Assembly: GCA_965203315.1 (NCBI GenBank)
Contig: OZ241857.1
Location: forward strand, 1,472,001-1,536,000
Source of the DNA: Nitrosopumilus sp.
Lineage (GTDB): Archaea > Thermoproteota > Nitrososphaeria > Nitrososphaerales > Nitrosopumilaceae
Length of the DNA stretch: 64,000 nt
Reading direction: 5' to 3'
This document shows, in pieces, positions 52,458-62,155 of this stretch. Every line of letters starts with the position of its first letter. Positions within the stretch are counted from its first letter, which is position 1. Below the pieces are notes generated by a model, which had not been told where the DNA came from, made no database searches, and saw only the letters and a program-made list of their open reading frames with translations. Position numbers and translations under genes: made by a program.

Positions 52458-53195
52458 ATGACATGTGATTCTAATAATCCGAATTTTTCGTATGAGCATT
52501 ATAGATCAATTCTACTCAATTTAAAAGAGAGATACAAATTCTCCAACTTTGACAACAACTCAACAAATGATGTAATACTAAGACATGATGTTGATATATC
52601 TCTAGACTATGCACTAGAGATGGCCAAGATCGAACACAAGCTAGACGTAACAGCAACCTACTTTATCTTATTTCATGCTGATTTGTACAACCCATTTAAT
52701 ATTCATTCTACACGTGTAGTCTCTGAGATTCTCAAACTCGGTCACAAGATTGGATTTCATTATGATATATCATACTATGAAGAGAATAATTTAGTCCCTA
52801 AAGATACAGTATTAAAAGAGATTAAGATTATGGAACAAGAATATGGCACAGAGATCTCTGTTGTCTCTGCACATAGACCAAGCAGAAAGTATGTTGCACT
52901 AGATCTTCCAGAGTACAGAGATGCATATGCAGACGAATTTGTAAAGGATCGCAAGTATCTTAGTGATAGTGGCAAAAACTGGAGAGAAGGCTGCATATGT
53001 AAAAACTATACCAAATACGACAAGATTCAACTTTTGATACATCCAGTATGGTGGACTAAAGATAACCTCTCAAGAGAACAGATACTAGATAGGGAGAACG
53101 GTACCAATACAACATATGCTAAAGCAGTTATACAATGGAGACAAGAGATTGCAGATTATCTACAAAAATTAGAAGTGCAATCGAATCATTCTTGA
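52458..53195 (+). CDS. Polysaccharide deacetylase-like (WbmS-like) protein
   Basis: ILRHDVD, ATYF, GHKIGFH, SAHRP, YLSDS..W, LIHPVWW. Confidence 0.8.
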   Translation: MTCDSNNPNFSYEHYRSILLNLKERYKFSNFDNNSTNDVILRHDVDISLDYALEMAKIEHKLDVTATYFILFHADLYNPFNIHSTRVVSEILKLGHKIGFHYDISYYEENNLVPKDTVLKEIKIMEQEYGTEISVVSAHRPSRKYVALDLPEYRDAYADEFVKDRKYLSDSGKNWREGCICKNYTKYDKIQLLIHPVWWTKDNLSREQILDRENGTNTTYAKAVIQWRQEIADYLQKLEVQSNHS

Positions 53196-53725
53196 ATTCT
53201 TCCAGGTATACCAAATATTGTAGAACCGTTAGGTACATTTGTGTTTATAAATGAACATGCGCCTATGATACAGTCGTCGCCAATTATTACATGTTCTTTG
53301 ATGAAGGAGTTTGTCCATATGGTAGATCTACATCCCACCTTCGTACTGCCGCCAATTATACAGTGCGGTCCTATAATGCAGTCACTGCCAATTATAGCAT
53401 TATGTCCAATATGTGTTCCATTATCTATCTTTGTGCCAGAACCAATTATTGTATCGTGCATATTTCCACGATCTATAGTACAGTTGGCTCCAATATGTAC
53501 ATCATCACCAATTATGACTTTGCCATAGTGCGGAAATTTTTCTAGTCTTCCAGTCTCATTTCGTTCAAATCCAAAACCATCTGTTCCAATTACCGTTCCT
53601 TCTTTGTATTTGACATTTTTGCCAAGATGTATCACACCTTGATTAAAAGCATCAGTCATTGTGAGAATCTCTGTCATTCCTCGTTCCTGTGTAATTTTTC
53701 TGATGAAATTGAGTCTCTCAGTCAT
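53186..53725 (-). CDS. LpxD-like hexapeptide-repeat acyl/acetyltransferase
   Basis: IGTDGFGF, IGANCTIDRG, KIDNGTHIGHN, GIPG. Confidence 0.85.
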   Translation of the reverse strand: MTERLNFIRKITQERGMTEILTMTDAFNQGVIHLGKNVKYKEGTVIGTDGFGFERNETGRLEKFPHYGKVIIGDDVHIGANCTIDRGNMHDTIIGSGTKIDNGTHIGHNAIIGSDCIIGPHCIIGGSTKVGCRSTIWTNSFIKEHVIIGDDCIIGACSFINTNVPNGSTIFGIPGRIQE

Positions 53726-53873
53726 GAGTTAATGGTGTCTGTTCGGACTATTTTATCTTTTGTTGATTTTCATAATGTGTAGTACAAAAAGTCGTTCATC
53801 CATAGCCAGATGACTAGGCCAAGCAAACAATCCGTGTTGCAGTGTAAATGAAGGCATGTGGGTTTACTCAGAC

Positions 53874-53993
53874 GGTTCTCTTCGATTTACGTGGGATAAA
53901 ATTTTCAGAGAAAAAAGCACTACAAAATACTGTGGGGAAAATTTAGGGTCAAAGTCTTGTAAAAATACCATCCCATGTAAATCGAAGAGATCC
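53874..53993. mobile_element. IS6-derived MITE copy 3
   Basis: GGTTCTCTTCGATTTACGTGGGAT ... ATCCCATGTAAATCGAAGAGATCC. Confidence 0.85.
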
Positions 53994-54082
53994 CAAATGA
54001 TGGGGTGAACAGCTTTTTTATATTTCATAGTTTTTTCTGCCTAGAAAAACTTATAGAATAGATGACTATTATTGAATTCACC

Positions 54083-55132
54083 TTGAACATATGGTTGGAC
54101 ATATTGGCACCAAAAGAGATCACATTCTCTGAACCCATCATTAAACGATTGTGTACTAGACACCAAATACTTTGTACCACACGTCACTATAATGAGGTTA
54201 ATAGAATGGCCAAAATTCGCAATTTTAAGGTCAAGGTGGTTGGAAAGCATGGTGGCAAGTCCAAGAGTGGGAAACTTGACGCAAGCATATCTAGAATGTT
54301 CAAACTATCAAAAATGATCCAACAATTTTCTCCAGATTTGGTAATAAGCTATAGCTCTCCAGAAGCTGCTAGAATTGCATATGGTCTAGGGATCAAACAT
54401 ATTAGTTTCTGTGATACGCCACAAGCAGAGGCACAGAACAGATTAACGATACCATTTGTGTACAAACTCTTCGTACCTACTCCAATTAGAAAGGAAGTGA
54501 TCAAGTATGGCATCAAACCCTCAGATATTGTATCATATAATGCACTTGATGCAGCAGTTACCATAAAACGTGTTGTACCGAAGAGCCGCATACCTATTAT
54601 GTCTAAAACTAGAAAGAACATTGTCGTCAGAGTAGAGGAAGAGGAGGCTGCATATATACAGTGTAAATTTAATACAACAGAGATTATTGAAAAGTTGGTA
54701 ACAGAGTTTGACGATTGTAATATTGTAATTTTGGGCAGATATCCAAATCAGATTGCGAGGTTGAAGAGATTGGTTGGAGATCGAGCCAAAGTTATCAAGA
54801 TGACATATGATGGAAAACACATACTACACTATACAGATGTCTTTATAGGTTCTGGTGGAACGATGACTGCCGAATCCGCATTGATGGGTGTTCCCACCAT
54901 AGCATTTACTGGCTTTAAACATACTATAGGAACATACCTAGTCATAAAGAGAGTTTTGAAAGAAGAAACAGATCCTACAAAGATATGTCATCTTGTACGT
55001 AAGATGCTTACTGGCTCGACTGACTATAAAAAACGTGCAAGGGCCATAGTAAATAGTATGGACGATCCTATTGATATTCTAGTAAATATGGTTGATCAGA
55101 TTGCTCATGAGCAAAAGCAGGATCTTGACTGA
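54083..55132 (+). CDS. DUF354 GT-B fold protein
   Basis: IWLDILAPK, VGKHGG, SPEAARIAYGLG, GGTMTAESALMGVPT. Confidence 0.88.
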   Translation: MNIWLDILAPKEITFSEPIIKRLCTRHQILCTTRHYNEVNRMAKIRNFKVKVVGKHGGKSKSGKLDASISRMFKLSKMIQQFSPDLVISYSSPEAARIAYGLGIKHISFCDTPQAEAQNRLTIPFVYKLFVPTPIRKEVIKYGIKPSDIVSYNALDAAVTIKRVVPKSRIPIMSKTRKNIVVRVEEEEAAYIQCKFNTTEIIEKLVTEFDDCNIVILGRYPNQIARLKRLVGDRAKVIKMTYDGKHILHYTDVFIGSGGTMTAESALMGVPTIAFTGFKHTIGTYLVIKRVLKEETDPTKICHLVRKMLTGSTDYKKRARAIVNSMDDPIDILVNMVDQIAHEQKQDLD

Positions 55133-55200
55133 TTTTGGATGTAGATGGTTGTAAACTCGTTCGATCTTGTAGTGATTTAAGACATTTAGTTTAATTGACG

Positions 55201-55278
55201 GGGTCTTTTCGGTTTACGTGGATGGAGTTTCGCGAGGCTTTTTCCGTAACCATCATCACACATAATCAGAAAAGATCC
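55201..55278. mobile_element. IS6-derived MITE copy 4 (short, 78 bp)
   Basis: GGGTCTTTTCGGTTTACGTGGATGG ... AGAAAAGATCC. Confidence 0.75.
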
Positions 55279-55319
55279 GATTCAAATACCTTTTATTCCA
55301 ATTAATTTGATATGTTTCC

Positions 55320-56342
55320 ATGAGAATTCTCATGATATCGCCTACCCAACATGGAGTGGGTGGCATCCCAAATCATGTAGATGGACTTGTAAATTTCTTA
55401 CAGAGACGGGGTCATGAGGTATATACAATATCTGCAGACAATACTCCTATTATTCCGATTTATAAACTCAAGAATATTAGCTTTATGTTATCTGCTCTTC
55501 TTAAAAGTAAGATAATACAATATAATCCAGATATTGTTCATGCACATAATGTTCCCGCAGCGCTTGCAATGAGGTATGCTTATGGAAAAAAGATACTTAC
55601 ACTGCATGGTGTATTTTCAGATCAAGTAACATATCTGCATGGCTCAACTTTGGGTAATATGTTAAAACGATATGAAACTAGTGTGCTTGGGTGGGCAGAC
55701 GCAATTACAGCTGTATCAAAAGAAGCAGTTAATCATTATAGTAATTTGGGATATGTTGCTAGAAAGATCCCTAACGCAATAAGTATTGCAGACCTACCAC
55801 AAGGTACTGAGGAATTATATGAGAATCAAATAATCTATGCAGGCAGACTATCTAATGAAAAAGGAGTTAGAGTACTTGTAGACATAATAAAACATTTGCC
55901 TAGCAATATACATCTTATAGTTGCAGGTTCAGGACCTGATGAGAAACTAGTTATACGTGCAGCTGAAAATAGGCCGAACATACATGTATTGAGTCATCTT
56001 CCAAAAGAGCATCTCATACCATTATTACGTGGTTCTCGCATAATGATTCAGCCGTCTTTATATGAAGGAATTAGTTCTAGCATATTGGAGGCGATGGCGT
56101 GTCAAACTCTAGTAATTACCACAAATGTTGGTGGAAATGTTGAACTTGTACGAGATGGACAAAATGGCATACTGGTTGATTCTGATAATTATAAAGCAGT
56201 TTTATCAAAAATATTACAATATATGGTAGATGATACCGCACAAAATAGTATAATTGAAAGAGCTACTAGTTTTGTAAAGCAGTATGATTGGGAGAATATT
56301 GGTATTATGTATCTCAAATTATACGAGTCGCTGATTGATTGA
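55320..56342 (+). CDS. Glycosyltransferase family 4
   Basis: DIVHAH, AGRLSNEKG, PSLYEG...ILEAMA, TNVGG. Confidence 0.92.
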   Translation: MRILMISPTQHGVGGIPNHVDGLVNFLQRRGHEVYTISADNTPIIPIYKLKNISFMLSALLKSKIIQYNPDIVHAHNVPAALAMRYAYGKKILTLHGVFSDQVTYLHGSTLGNMLKRYETSVLGWADAITAVSKEAVNHYSNLGYVARKIPNAISIADLPQGTEELYENQIIYAGRLSNEKGVRVLVDIIKHLPSNIHLIVAGSGPDEKLVIRAAENRPNIHVLSHLPKEHLIPLLRGSRIMIQPSLYEGISSSILEAMACQTLVITTNVGGNVELVRDGQNGILVDSDNYKAVLSKILQYMVDDTAQNSIIERATSFVKQYDWENIGIMYLKLYESLID

Positions 56343-56359
56343 TCGATCTGATGGACAGA

Positions 56360-56478
56360 AGATCTTTTCGATTTACGCAGAATGGCATTTTACAAGGCTT
56401 TTCCCACTAAATTTTCCCTATCGAATCTTATAGTGCTTTTTCTATGAAAATTCTATCTAGCGTAAATCAAAAAGATCC
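56360..56478. mobile_element. IS6-derived MITE copy 5
   Basis: aGATCTTTTCGATTTACGC ... CGTAAATCAAAAAGATCC. Confidence 0.85.
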
Positions 56479-56696
56479 AACCTATTGTTAAGAAAATCAG
56501 TACTTTGATGAGATATAAATTTGGCAAGTACCTCGAAATGATTACCCAGATCTCTCGGAAGATTAATTTATGCTATTCTATCTGAACCGCCACACGTGAG
56601 CCGATTACCCATAAACTAACAACTCTGATCGACTTTTTTCGTGGACATTTATGATGTCTGTATTAACATATATATCGTTTTCAACACCATATTTTT

Positions 56697-57791
56697 ATGA
56701 AGATTCAAGTTATACATCCAATAATTAATCTACTGGGCGGAGCTGAACAAACTACAAAATATCTATTGCGATCGCTAGTAAATAATGGGCATGACACAAC
56801 ACTTTATACGATAACAGACTCTTGTATAGATATACCTGATAATGTACATCATAATAAAAAGAAGAGATTTCCATTTAGTACTAGACTAACTAGTATTTAT
56901 GAAACAAATAGTTTATTCAATAATATTGGCGATTGTGATTTAGTTATAGTATCGTCTGGTAATCTTTGTTTACCTACGCTAGAATCAAAAAAAAAAAAAA
57001 AACAAATAATCATTTATGCACATAGTGATTTTGAATCTGAACTAAACTTCGTCAATAATCCCACGAAACGGAAATCGTGGTTATATAATGCTTTTATCCA
57101 AAAACAAATTAAAAAACAAATTAATTTGATTACAAATCCATCATTTACTTATATTGCAAACTCTTTATACACTAAACATAGAATCAAAAAATTATTTAAT
57201 GTAAATTCAATGGTAATATATCCTCCTGTCACAATGAAAAATATATCATCTGACAAAAATAGAGATGGAATAATCACCGTATCTAGATTCGGACCTGAAA
57301 AGAATTTGACATTTAATATTGACGTGATAAAAAAGATACCAACTGTTTATAAAATGTATGGTAATCTCAATTTACACTATCAAAATGCATATTTGAAAAA
57401 ATTAAAAAGTATATCAAAAGACTATGAACATATAAAATGTATGGAAAATTATCCGAGAAAGTCTATAGAAAATGCACTAAATTTGTCTAAAGTATATTTT
57501 CAGAGCAGTAAAGAGACTTTCGGAATTTCAGTTGTAGAAGGAATTCTGGCTGGTTGCATTCCTATTGTTCCAGATCATACAGCAAATCAAGAAACTGTGC
57601 CTTTTCAAGAACTACGCTACCCTGATGGAGATCATAAAACAGCTAGAGAGAAGATTAAACTAGCACTCGCAGGAGATTATGACAAATATTTACCAGAACT
57701 ACATGTGCACGTAAAAAAGTTCTCAGAGAATACATTTGAATCAAATATCATTCAGCATATAGATAAATATAATACCTCTCAGCAAACATGA
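56697..57791 (+). CDS. Glycosyltransferase family 4 containing an A16 tract
   Basis: GGAEQ, ANSLYT, YPPV, SRFGPEKN, ETFGISVVEG. Confidence 0.9.
   Translation: MKIQVIHPIINLLGGAEQTTKYLLRSLVNNGHDTTLYTITDSCIDIPDNVHHNKKKRFPFSTRLTSIYETNSLFNNIGDCDLVIVSSGNLCLPTLESKKKKKQIIIYAHSDFESELNFVNNPTKRKSWLYNAFIQKQIKKQINLITNPSFTYIANSLYTKHRIKKLFNVNSMVIYPPVTMKNISSDKNRDGIITVSRFGPEKNLTFNIDVIKKIPTVYKMYGNLNLHYQNAYLKKLKSISKDYEHIKCMENYPRKSIENALNLSKVYFQSSKETFGISVVEGILAGCIPIVPDHTANQETVPFQELRYPDGDHKTAREKIKLALAGDYDKYLPELHVHVKKFSENTFESNIIQHIDKYNTSQQT
56987..57002. repeat. A16 homopolymer inside GT4 coding sequence
   Basis: Counted directly; currently in frame (SKKKKKQ). Confidence 0.85.
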
Positions 57792-57798
57792 TTAGACA

Positions 57799-58860
57799 AT
57801 GAAAATAGGCGTTATTCACCCTGCATTTGATTCAATTGGAGGTGCAGAACAAGTGACCAAATCAATGTTGAGGGGATTGGTAAATGCAGAACATGACGTC
57901 TCACTATACACCATAACAAAGGCAGGTTCTTTTTCTCACATTAAGCGGCGTTTTGCAAGGTTTAGTTATCTACCGTTGAGATCAGATCTCATAAACATTT
58001 GGCGTACATATGATCTATACAAGCAAGCTAACGAGAATGATGTTATAATATCTAACACATTGAGGGTCGCAAACACAAAAAAACCCACAATAATTTATTG
58101 TCATTCTACTTTTGAATCTGAGCTACAGTTTGTTGCTATAAAACCAAAAGGTAAACTCAGGCTGTATCGAGAATATCTACAAAAACATGTAAAAAGACAG
58201 ATAGATGTATTAAAAACTTCATCTTTCAAGTACATTGCCAATTCATTATATACGAAAAATAAAATAAAGGAGCTATTCGACATAGATTCTAATATAATAT
58301 ATCCTCCTGTCACAATGAAAAATATATCATCTGACAAAAATAGAGATGGAATAATCACCGTATCTAGATTCGGACCTGAAAAGAATTTAACATTTAATAT
58401 TGACGTGATAAAAGATTTTGTTGATACAACGTATAAGATATATGGTGATAACAAGCAACATTATAATAACATATACTATGGCAAGATTTTAGAACAATCA
58501 AAACATTACAACAACATAAAACTATTTGCAAATCAAAGCAGAGATGTATTGGAAAAAAATCTATGTGAATCTAAAGTATACTTTCAAAGTAGTAGAGAAA
58601 ATTTTGGCATATCTGTAGTTGAAGGTATAATGGCCGGTTGCATTCCAATTGTCCCAAACAATTATGCAAATAAAGAAACTGTACCATTTAGAGAATTGAG
58701 ATTTGAGGAAAATGATATAAACGATGCAAGAGAGAAGCTAAAGTCGGCACTCGCAGGAGATTATGACAAATATTTACCAGAACTAAAACATCATGTCAAA
58801 CAATTTACTGAAGAAGAATTTCATAAAAATATGCTTTCATATGTGTCGAAAATATCATGA
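57799..58860 (+). CDS. Glycosyltransferase family 4 (paralogue of 56697-57791)
   Basis: GGAEQ, ANSLYT, ENFGISVVEGIMAG. Confidence 0.9.
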   Translation: MKIGVIHPAFDSIGGAEQVTKSMLRGLVNAEHDVSLYTITKAGSFSHIKRRFARFSYLPLRSDLINIWRTYDLYKQANENDVIISNTLRVANTKKPTIIYCHSTFESELQFVAIKPKGKLRLYREYLQKHVKRQIDVLKTSSFKYIANSLYTKNKIKELFDIDSNIIYPPVTMKNISSDKNRDGIITVSRFGPEKNLTFNIDVIKDFVDTTYKIYGDNKQHYNNIYYGKILEQSKHYNNIKLFANQSRDVLEKNLCESKVYFQSSRENFGISVVEGIMAGCIPIVPNNYANKETVPFRELRFEENDINDAREKLKSALAGDYDKYLPELKHHVKQFTEEEFHKNMLSYVSKIS

Positions 58861-59786
58861 ATCCTCTCGTATCTGTTGTAATTCCTGTATTTAATGGGGA
58901 AAAATATCTAAAAAAATCTATTGAATCAGTACTTGCTCAGACATACAAAAACATTGAAATTATATGTGTTAATGATGGTTCCACTGATAACTCTTTATGT
59001 ATATTACAAGAATATCAAAAAAAATATCCAAATATAAAAGTTATTTCTCAAGAGAATAGAGGATTATCTGCAGCATTAAATTCAGCAATCAAAATCATGA
59101 ATGGAAAATATCTTAAAAAAGTGGACGCAGATGATATATATTACTCAAATGCTATAGAAGAGTTTGTGTCTTTGGCTGAAGAATTTAACGGTAATGATAT
59201 TATTTATTCAAATTTTGACTATATGGACTTGGAGGATCGTATTACTAAGCACTACATGTATGAAAATTATGATCATTTGGACAAACTCTCTATAAATCTT
59301 ATATTATTATCAAATGGAATGTATGGCAATCTCGGATTTGATTTTATACCAAAATACATATTTGATAAATGTGGAGTGTATGATGAAACTATCAGACTAA
59401 ACGAAGATTATGAAATGCAGCTACGTTTATGTATACTATATGGAGTCAACTTACGTCTAGTACCAAAGTCGCTGTTTAAGGTTCGAATACATCCAGACTC
59501 ACTGACCCGTAATAATATTTATAGTGGGGAGAGACGGAACGAAATCATAAGGAAATCAATACTAAAACAACTAGATCAAAATGATCAACAATATTATAAA
59601 ATAGAAATGAAGAAATTGTGGAAAAAAATTCCATTACGTACAAAATTTCGTAGAGCATATCAAAAAATCCTACTAAACATTTTGGGTGAATCGTTAACAA
59701 ATAAATGCTTAAAATTATACATGAAAAAAATCAAACACAATAATCTAGAAATGGGGGGGGGGGGAGGAGAGTGGATAGACATGTAA
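58857..59786 (+). CDS. Glycosyltransferase family 2
   Basis: VSVVIPVFN, NDGSTD, DADD, EDY. Confidence 0.92.
   Translation: MNPLVSVVIPVFNGEKYLKKSIESVLAQTYKNIEIICVNDGSTDNSLCILQEYQKKYPNIKVISQENRGLSAALNSAIKIMNGKYLKKVDADDIYYSNAIEEFVSLAEEFNGNDIIYSNFDYMDLEDRITKHYMYENYDHLDKLSINLILLSNGMYGNLGFDFIPKYIFDKCGVYDETIRLNEDYEMQLRLCILYGVNLRLVPKSLFKVRIHPDSLTRNNIYSGERRNEIIRKSILKQLDQNDQQYYKIEMKKLWKKIPLRTKFRRAYQKILLNILGESLTNKCLKLYMKKIKHNNLEMGGGGGEWIDM
59753..59764. repeat. G12 homopolymer at the 3' end of GT2
   Basis: Counted directly; unusual in this AT-rich region. Confidence 0.85.
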
Positions 59787-60562
59787 TGAATATGTGTGTA
59801 TTATTTAATAAAATAACGTTTAGATTTAAACATTTAAAGTACGGTAATGGTGATAAATCCTATTGGGATTATGATGGTAAACAAGATTTGTTAATAGTTG
59901 TGAATTATATGCATACTAGATGCGATCGTCATGATAAATTTGAAACAGCGTGGCTAGCATTTATTACTATTTTAAAAAACTATAATTCAAATTCGATAAG
60001 ATTTATGGTTATTATATGTGGACTAGTTAGAACTTACCTATATGTTGCACTTGTGTTAGATGAATGTGTGTGCATAGATTTTATACTAGATGCGATTGAA
60101 AAAGTAAAACAGTATGACATATCATTTAAAAATATACATTTCTATGTAAATACTGACGAATTAAACAATTTCAAAAGTAGTATGTTTGATTTGTTATGTT
60201 GTGAATTTGTAATGCAACACATAATTAAATCTATCAAAACCACACACCTGAATCATTCAAATTACTATAGTCGCGAACATAATAATTTTCCTAGTGTTCA
60301 GTATCACAATTTAGTGTTATATGTTCTGTCAGAGGTAAATTCCGTCTATGACCCCACATATGCAGGAGTAAATAAGAAAACAATTCCGTTCGTGACTATA
60401 GAATCAAATAGTATTCGCGTTATTCAAATACCTGGAACAGTGTTTTTCAAATATACAAACTATATAAAAACCAGACAAGAGACTAGAGATCTTTTAACCC
60501 AATTTCAATTAAAACCTGCGGATCAAACCAAGTACATATTATGCAACAGGAGTCAAAAATGA
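59771..60562 (+). CDS. Divergent class I SAM-dependent methyltransferase-like protein
   Basis: SYWD, degenerate motif I (IICGLVR), CIDF..DAIE, SMFDLLCCEFVMQHI. Confidence 0.45.
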   Translation: MDRHVMNMCVLFNKITFRFKHLKYGNGDKSYWDYDGKQDLLIVVNYMHTRCDRHDKFETAWLAFITILKNYNSNSIRFMVIICGLVRTYLYVALVLDECVCIDFILDAIEKVKQYDISFKNIHFYVNTDELNNFKSSMFDLLCCEFVMQHIIKSIKTTHLNHSNYYSREHNNFPSVQYHNLVLYVLSEVNSVYDPTYAGVNKKTIPFVTIESNSIRVIQIPGTVFFKYTNYIKTRQETRDLLTQFQLKPADQTKYILCNRSQK

Positions 60563-61434
60563 CTGTTTCTATAATAATTCCCGTATATAATGCATCAACG
60601 TATCTAAATGAATGCATAGATTCAGCACTAAATCAAACATATGACGATATCGAGATAATCGCAGTTAACGATGGCTCCACTGATAACTCACTGAATATAT
60701 TAAAAAGTTATGGTGACAGAATTAGATACATAACAAAAAATAATGGAGGTACAGCGTCTGCGTTAAATACTGGCATAACAAATATGAAAGGAGAATGGTT
60801 CAAGTGGTTAAGTGCAGATGATGTTTTATGCCCCAATGCAGTTGAAGAGTTAATTTCAACAGCGTTAATACTGGACAATAAAAAATGTATATTATATAGC
60901 AATTTTGACTATATAGACTATAATGGTAATATAATTAAGCAGCATATTGAAACAAATTATAACGAGTTGACCTCTATCGATATGAATTCTATTCTATTAG
61001 ATTGTTTTTTTGGAAATGGAATAACGAGCATGATACACAAATCAGCTTTTGAACAATATGGATTGTTTGATGAAGATCTTGGGTTTGGTGAGGACTATGA
61101 AATGTGGTTAAGATTGTGTGTATTACATGGATTTAGATTACATTTAATTCCAAAGAGTCTAGCAAAGTACAGAGTTCATGAGGCACAGCTGACCCACGTA
61201 AAATTTGGCAAATCAATAAGCCAAGACGTAAAGATTAGAAAAAAAATTCTGATGCAACTCGATCCTGATGAACGACATCTATACAAGATTGCAGTAAAAA
61301 AATTCCAACGAACAAAACCGTTTAGAGTGAGATTCAGACGATTCTACAGAGATCTAATGATTAATGTTTTTGGAGAGAGGATATCTGAAAAGATTTTAAG
61401 ATTTTATATGACCAGAATTAAACGCGATATTTAG
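60559..61434 (+). CDS. Glycosyltransferase family 2 (paralogue of 58857-59786)
   Basis: VSIIIPVYN, NDGSTD, SADD, EDYEMWLR. Confidence 0.92.
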   Translation: MTVSIIIPVYNASTYLNECIDSALNQTYDDIEIIAVNDGSTDNSLNILKSYGDRIRYITKNNGGTASALNTGITNMKGEWFKWLSADDVLCPNAVEELISTALILDNKKCILYSNFDYIDYNGNIIKQHIETNYNELTSIDMNSILLDCFFGNGITSMIHKSAFEQYGLFDEDLGFGEDYEMWLRLCVLHGFRLHLIPKSLAKYRVHEAQLTHVKFGKSISQDVKIRKKILMQLDPDERHLYKIAVKKFQRTKPFRVRFRRFYRDLMINVFGERISEKILRFYMTRIKRDI

Positions 61435-62154
61435 TTATTCGATCTTGTACCTTCTCCATCGTTCAGAGTCAAGCGACATATCCATAGTTAATGGTGGACC
61501 AGAGTAGTCGTGTATGGTCATTGGTTTGACATCTGGAGTAGTAATCTTTGCCAACTCTAATACAGACATTTTTTTATCGCCAACGATATGCACTACTCCT
61601 TCTAATTTTGCCTTTTGTACATCTGATATGCCTTTTGCTACTTGTTCAGCAAAGAGATATGTTCCAAACCTATCAGAAAATGCCTTTGGGTATGGCCATC
61701 TCTCTTTAGCAACAAAGTTTGTTCTTACAATTAAATATTGATCGAGTTTCCGTATCTCATGTTCCCCTAACAGCTTGGTTAAAGCATAGAAATTCTCTGG
61801 ATAAGGAATTGAACTCTCTTTATACATACCAACACGTCCATCAAAGACACATGCTGTAGATACATAGATGAATTGAATGCCTTGGTCTGATCTGATTGTG
61901 GCATCTACTAGATTGCGAGTACCTTCAACATTACTCTTCCATGCAAGAGATTGTTTCTCTTCACACGGTCTAATTCCAGTTAGTGCTCCTGCATGTATCA
62001 CAAGATCTATATCAGAATGAGATAGAAAAAATTCAAAGATAGCGTCTCTATCTCCTAGATCAAGATCTGCATGTGTAGGTGTTAGAGCATTTTTGTATAT
62101 CTTTTTTAGTTCAGATCCTAAGGCACCACTTGCACCAGTAATAAGTATAGTCAT
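61435..62154 (-). CDS. rmlD: dTDP-4-dehydrorhamnose reductase-like SDR
   Basis: ITGASGALG, VSTACVFDG, YALTKLLGE. Confidence 0.8.
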   Translation of the reverse strand: MTILITGASGALGSELKKIYKNALTPTHADLDLGDRDAIFEFFLSHSDIDLVIHAGALTGIRPCEEKQSLAWKSNVEGTRNLVDATIRSDQGIQFIYVSTACVFDGRVGMYKESSIPYPENFYALTKLLGEHEIRKLDQYLIVRTNFVAKERWPYPKAFSDRFGTYLFAEQVAKGISDVQKAKLEGVVHIVGDKKMSVLELAKITTPDVKPMTIHDYSGPPLTMDMSLDSERWRRYKIE

Positions 62155-62155
62155 A

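Noticed and set aside
53874-56478. Palindromic intergenic elements as integron attC sites
   Set aside because: They lack RYYYAAC/GTTRRRY ends, no tyrosine integrase is present, and their ends match the IS6 TIR
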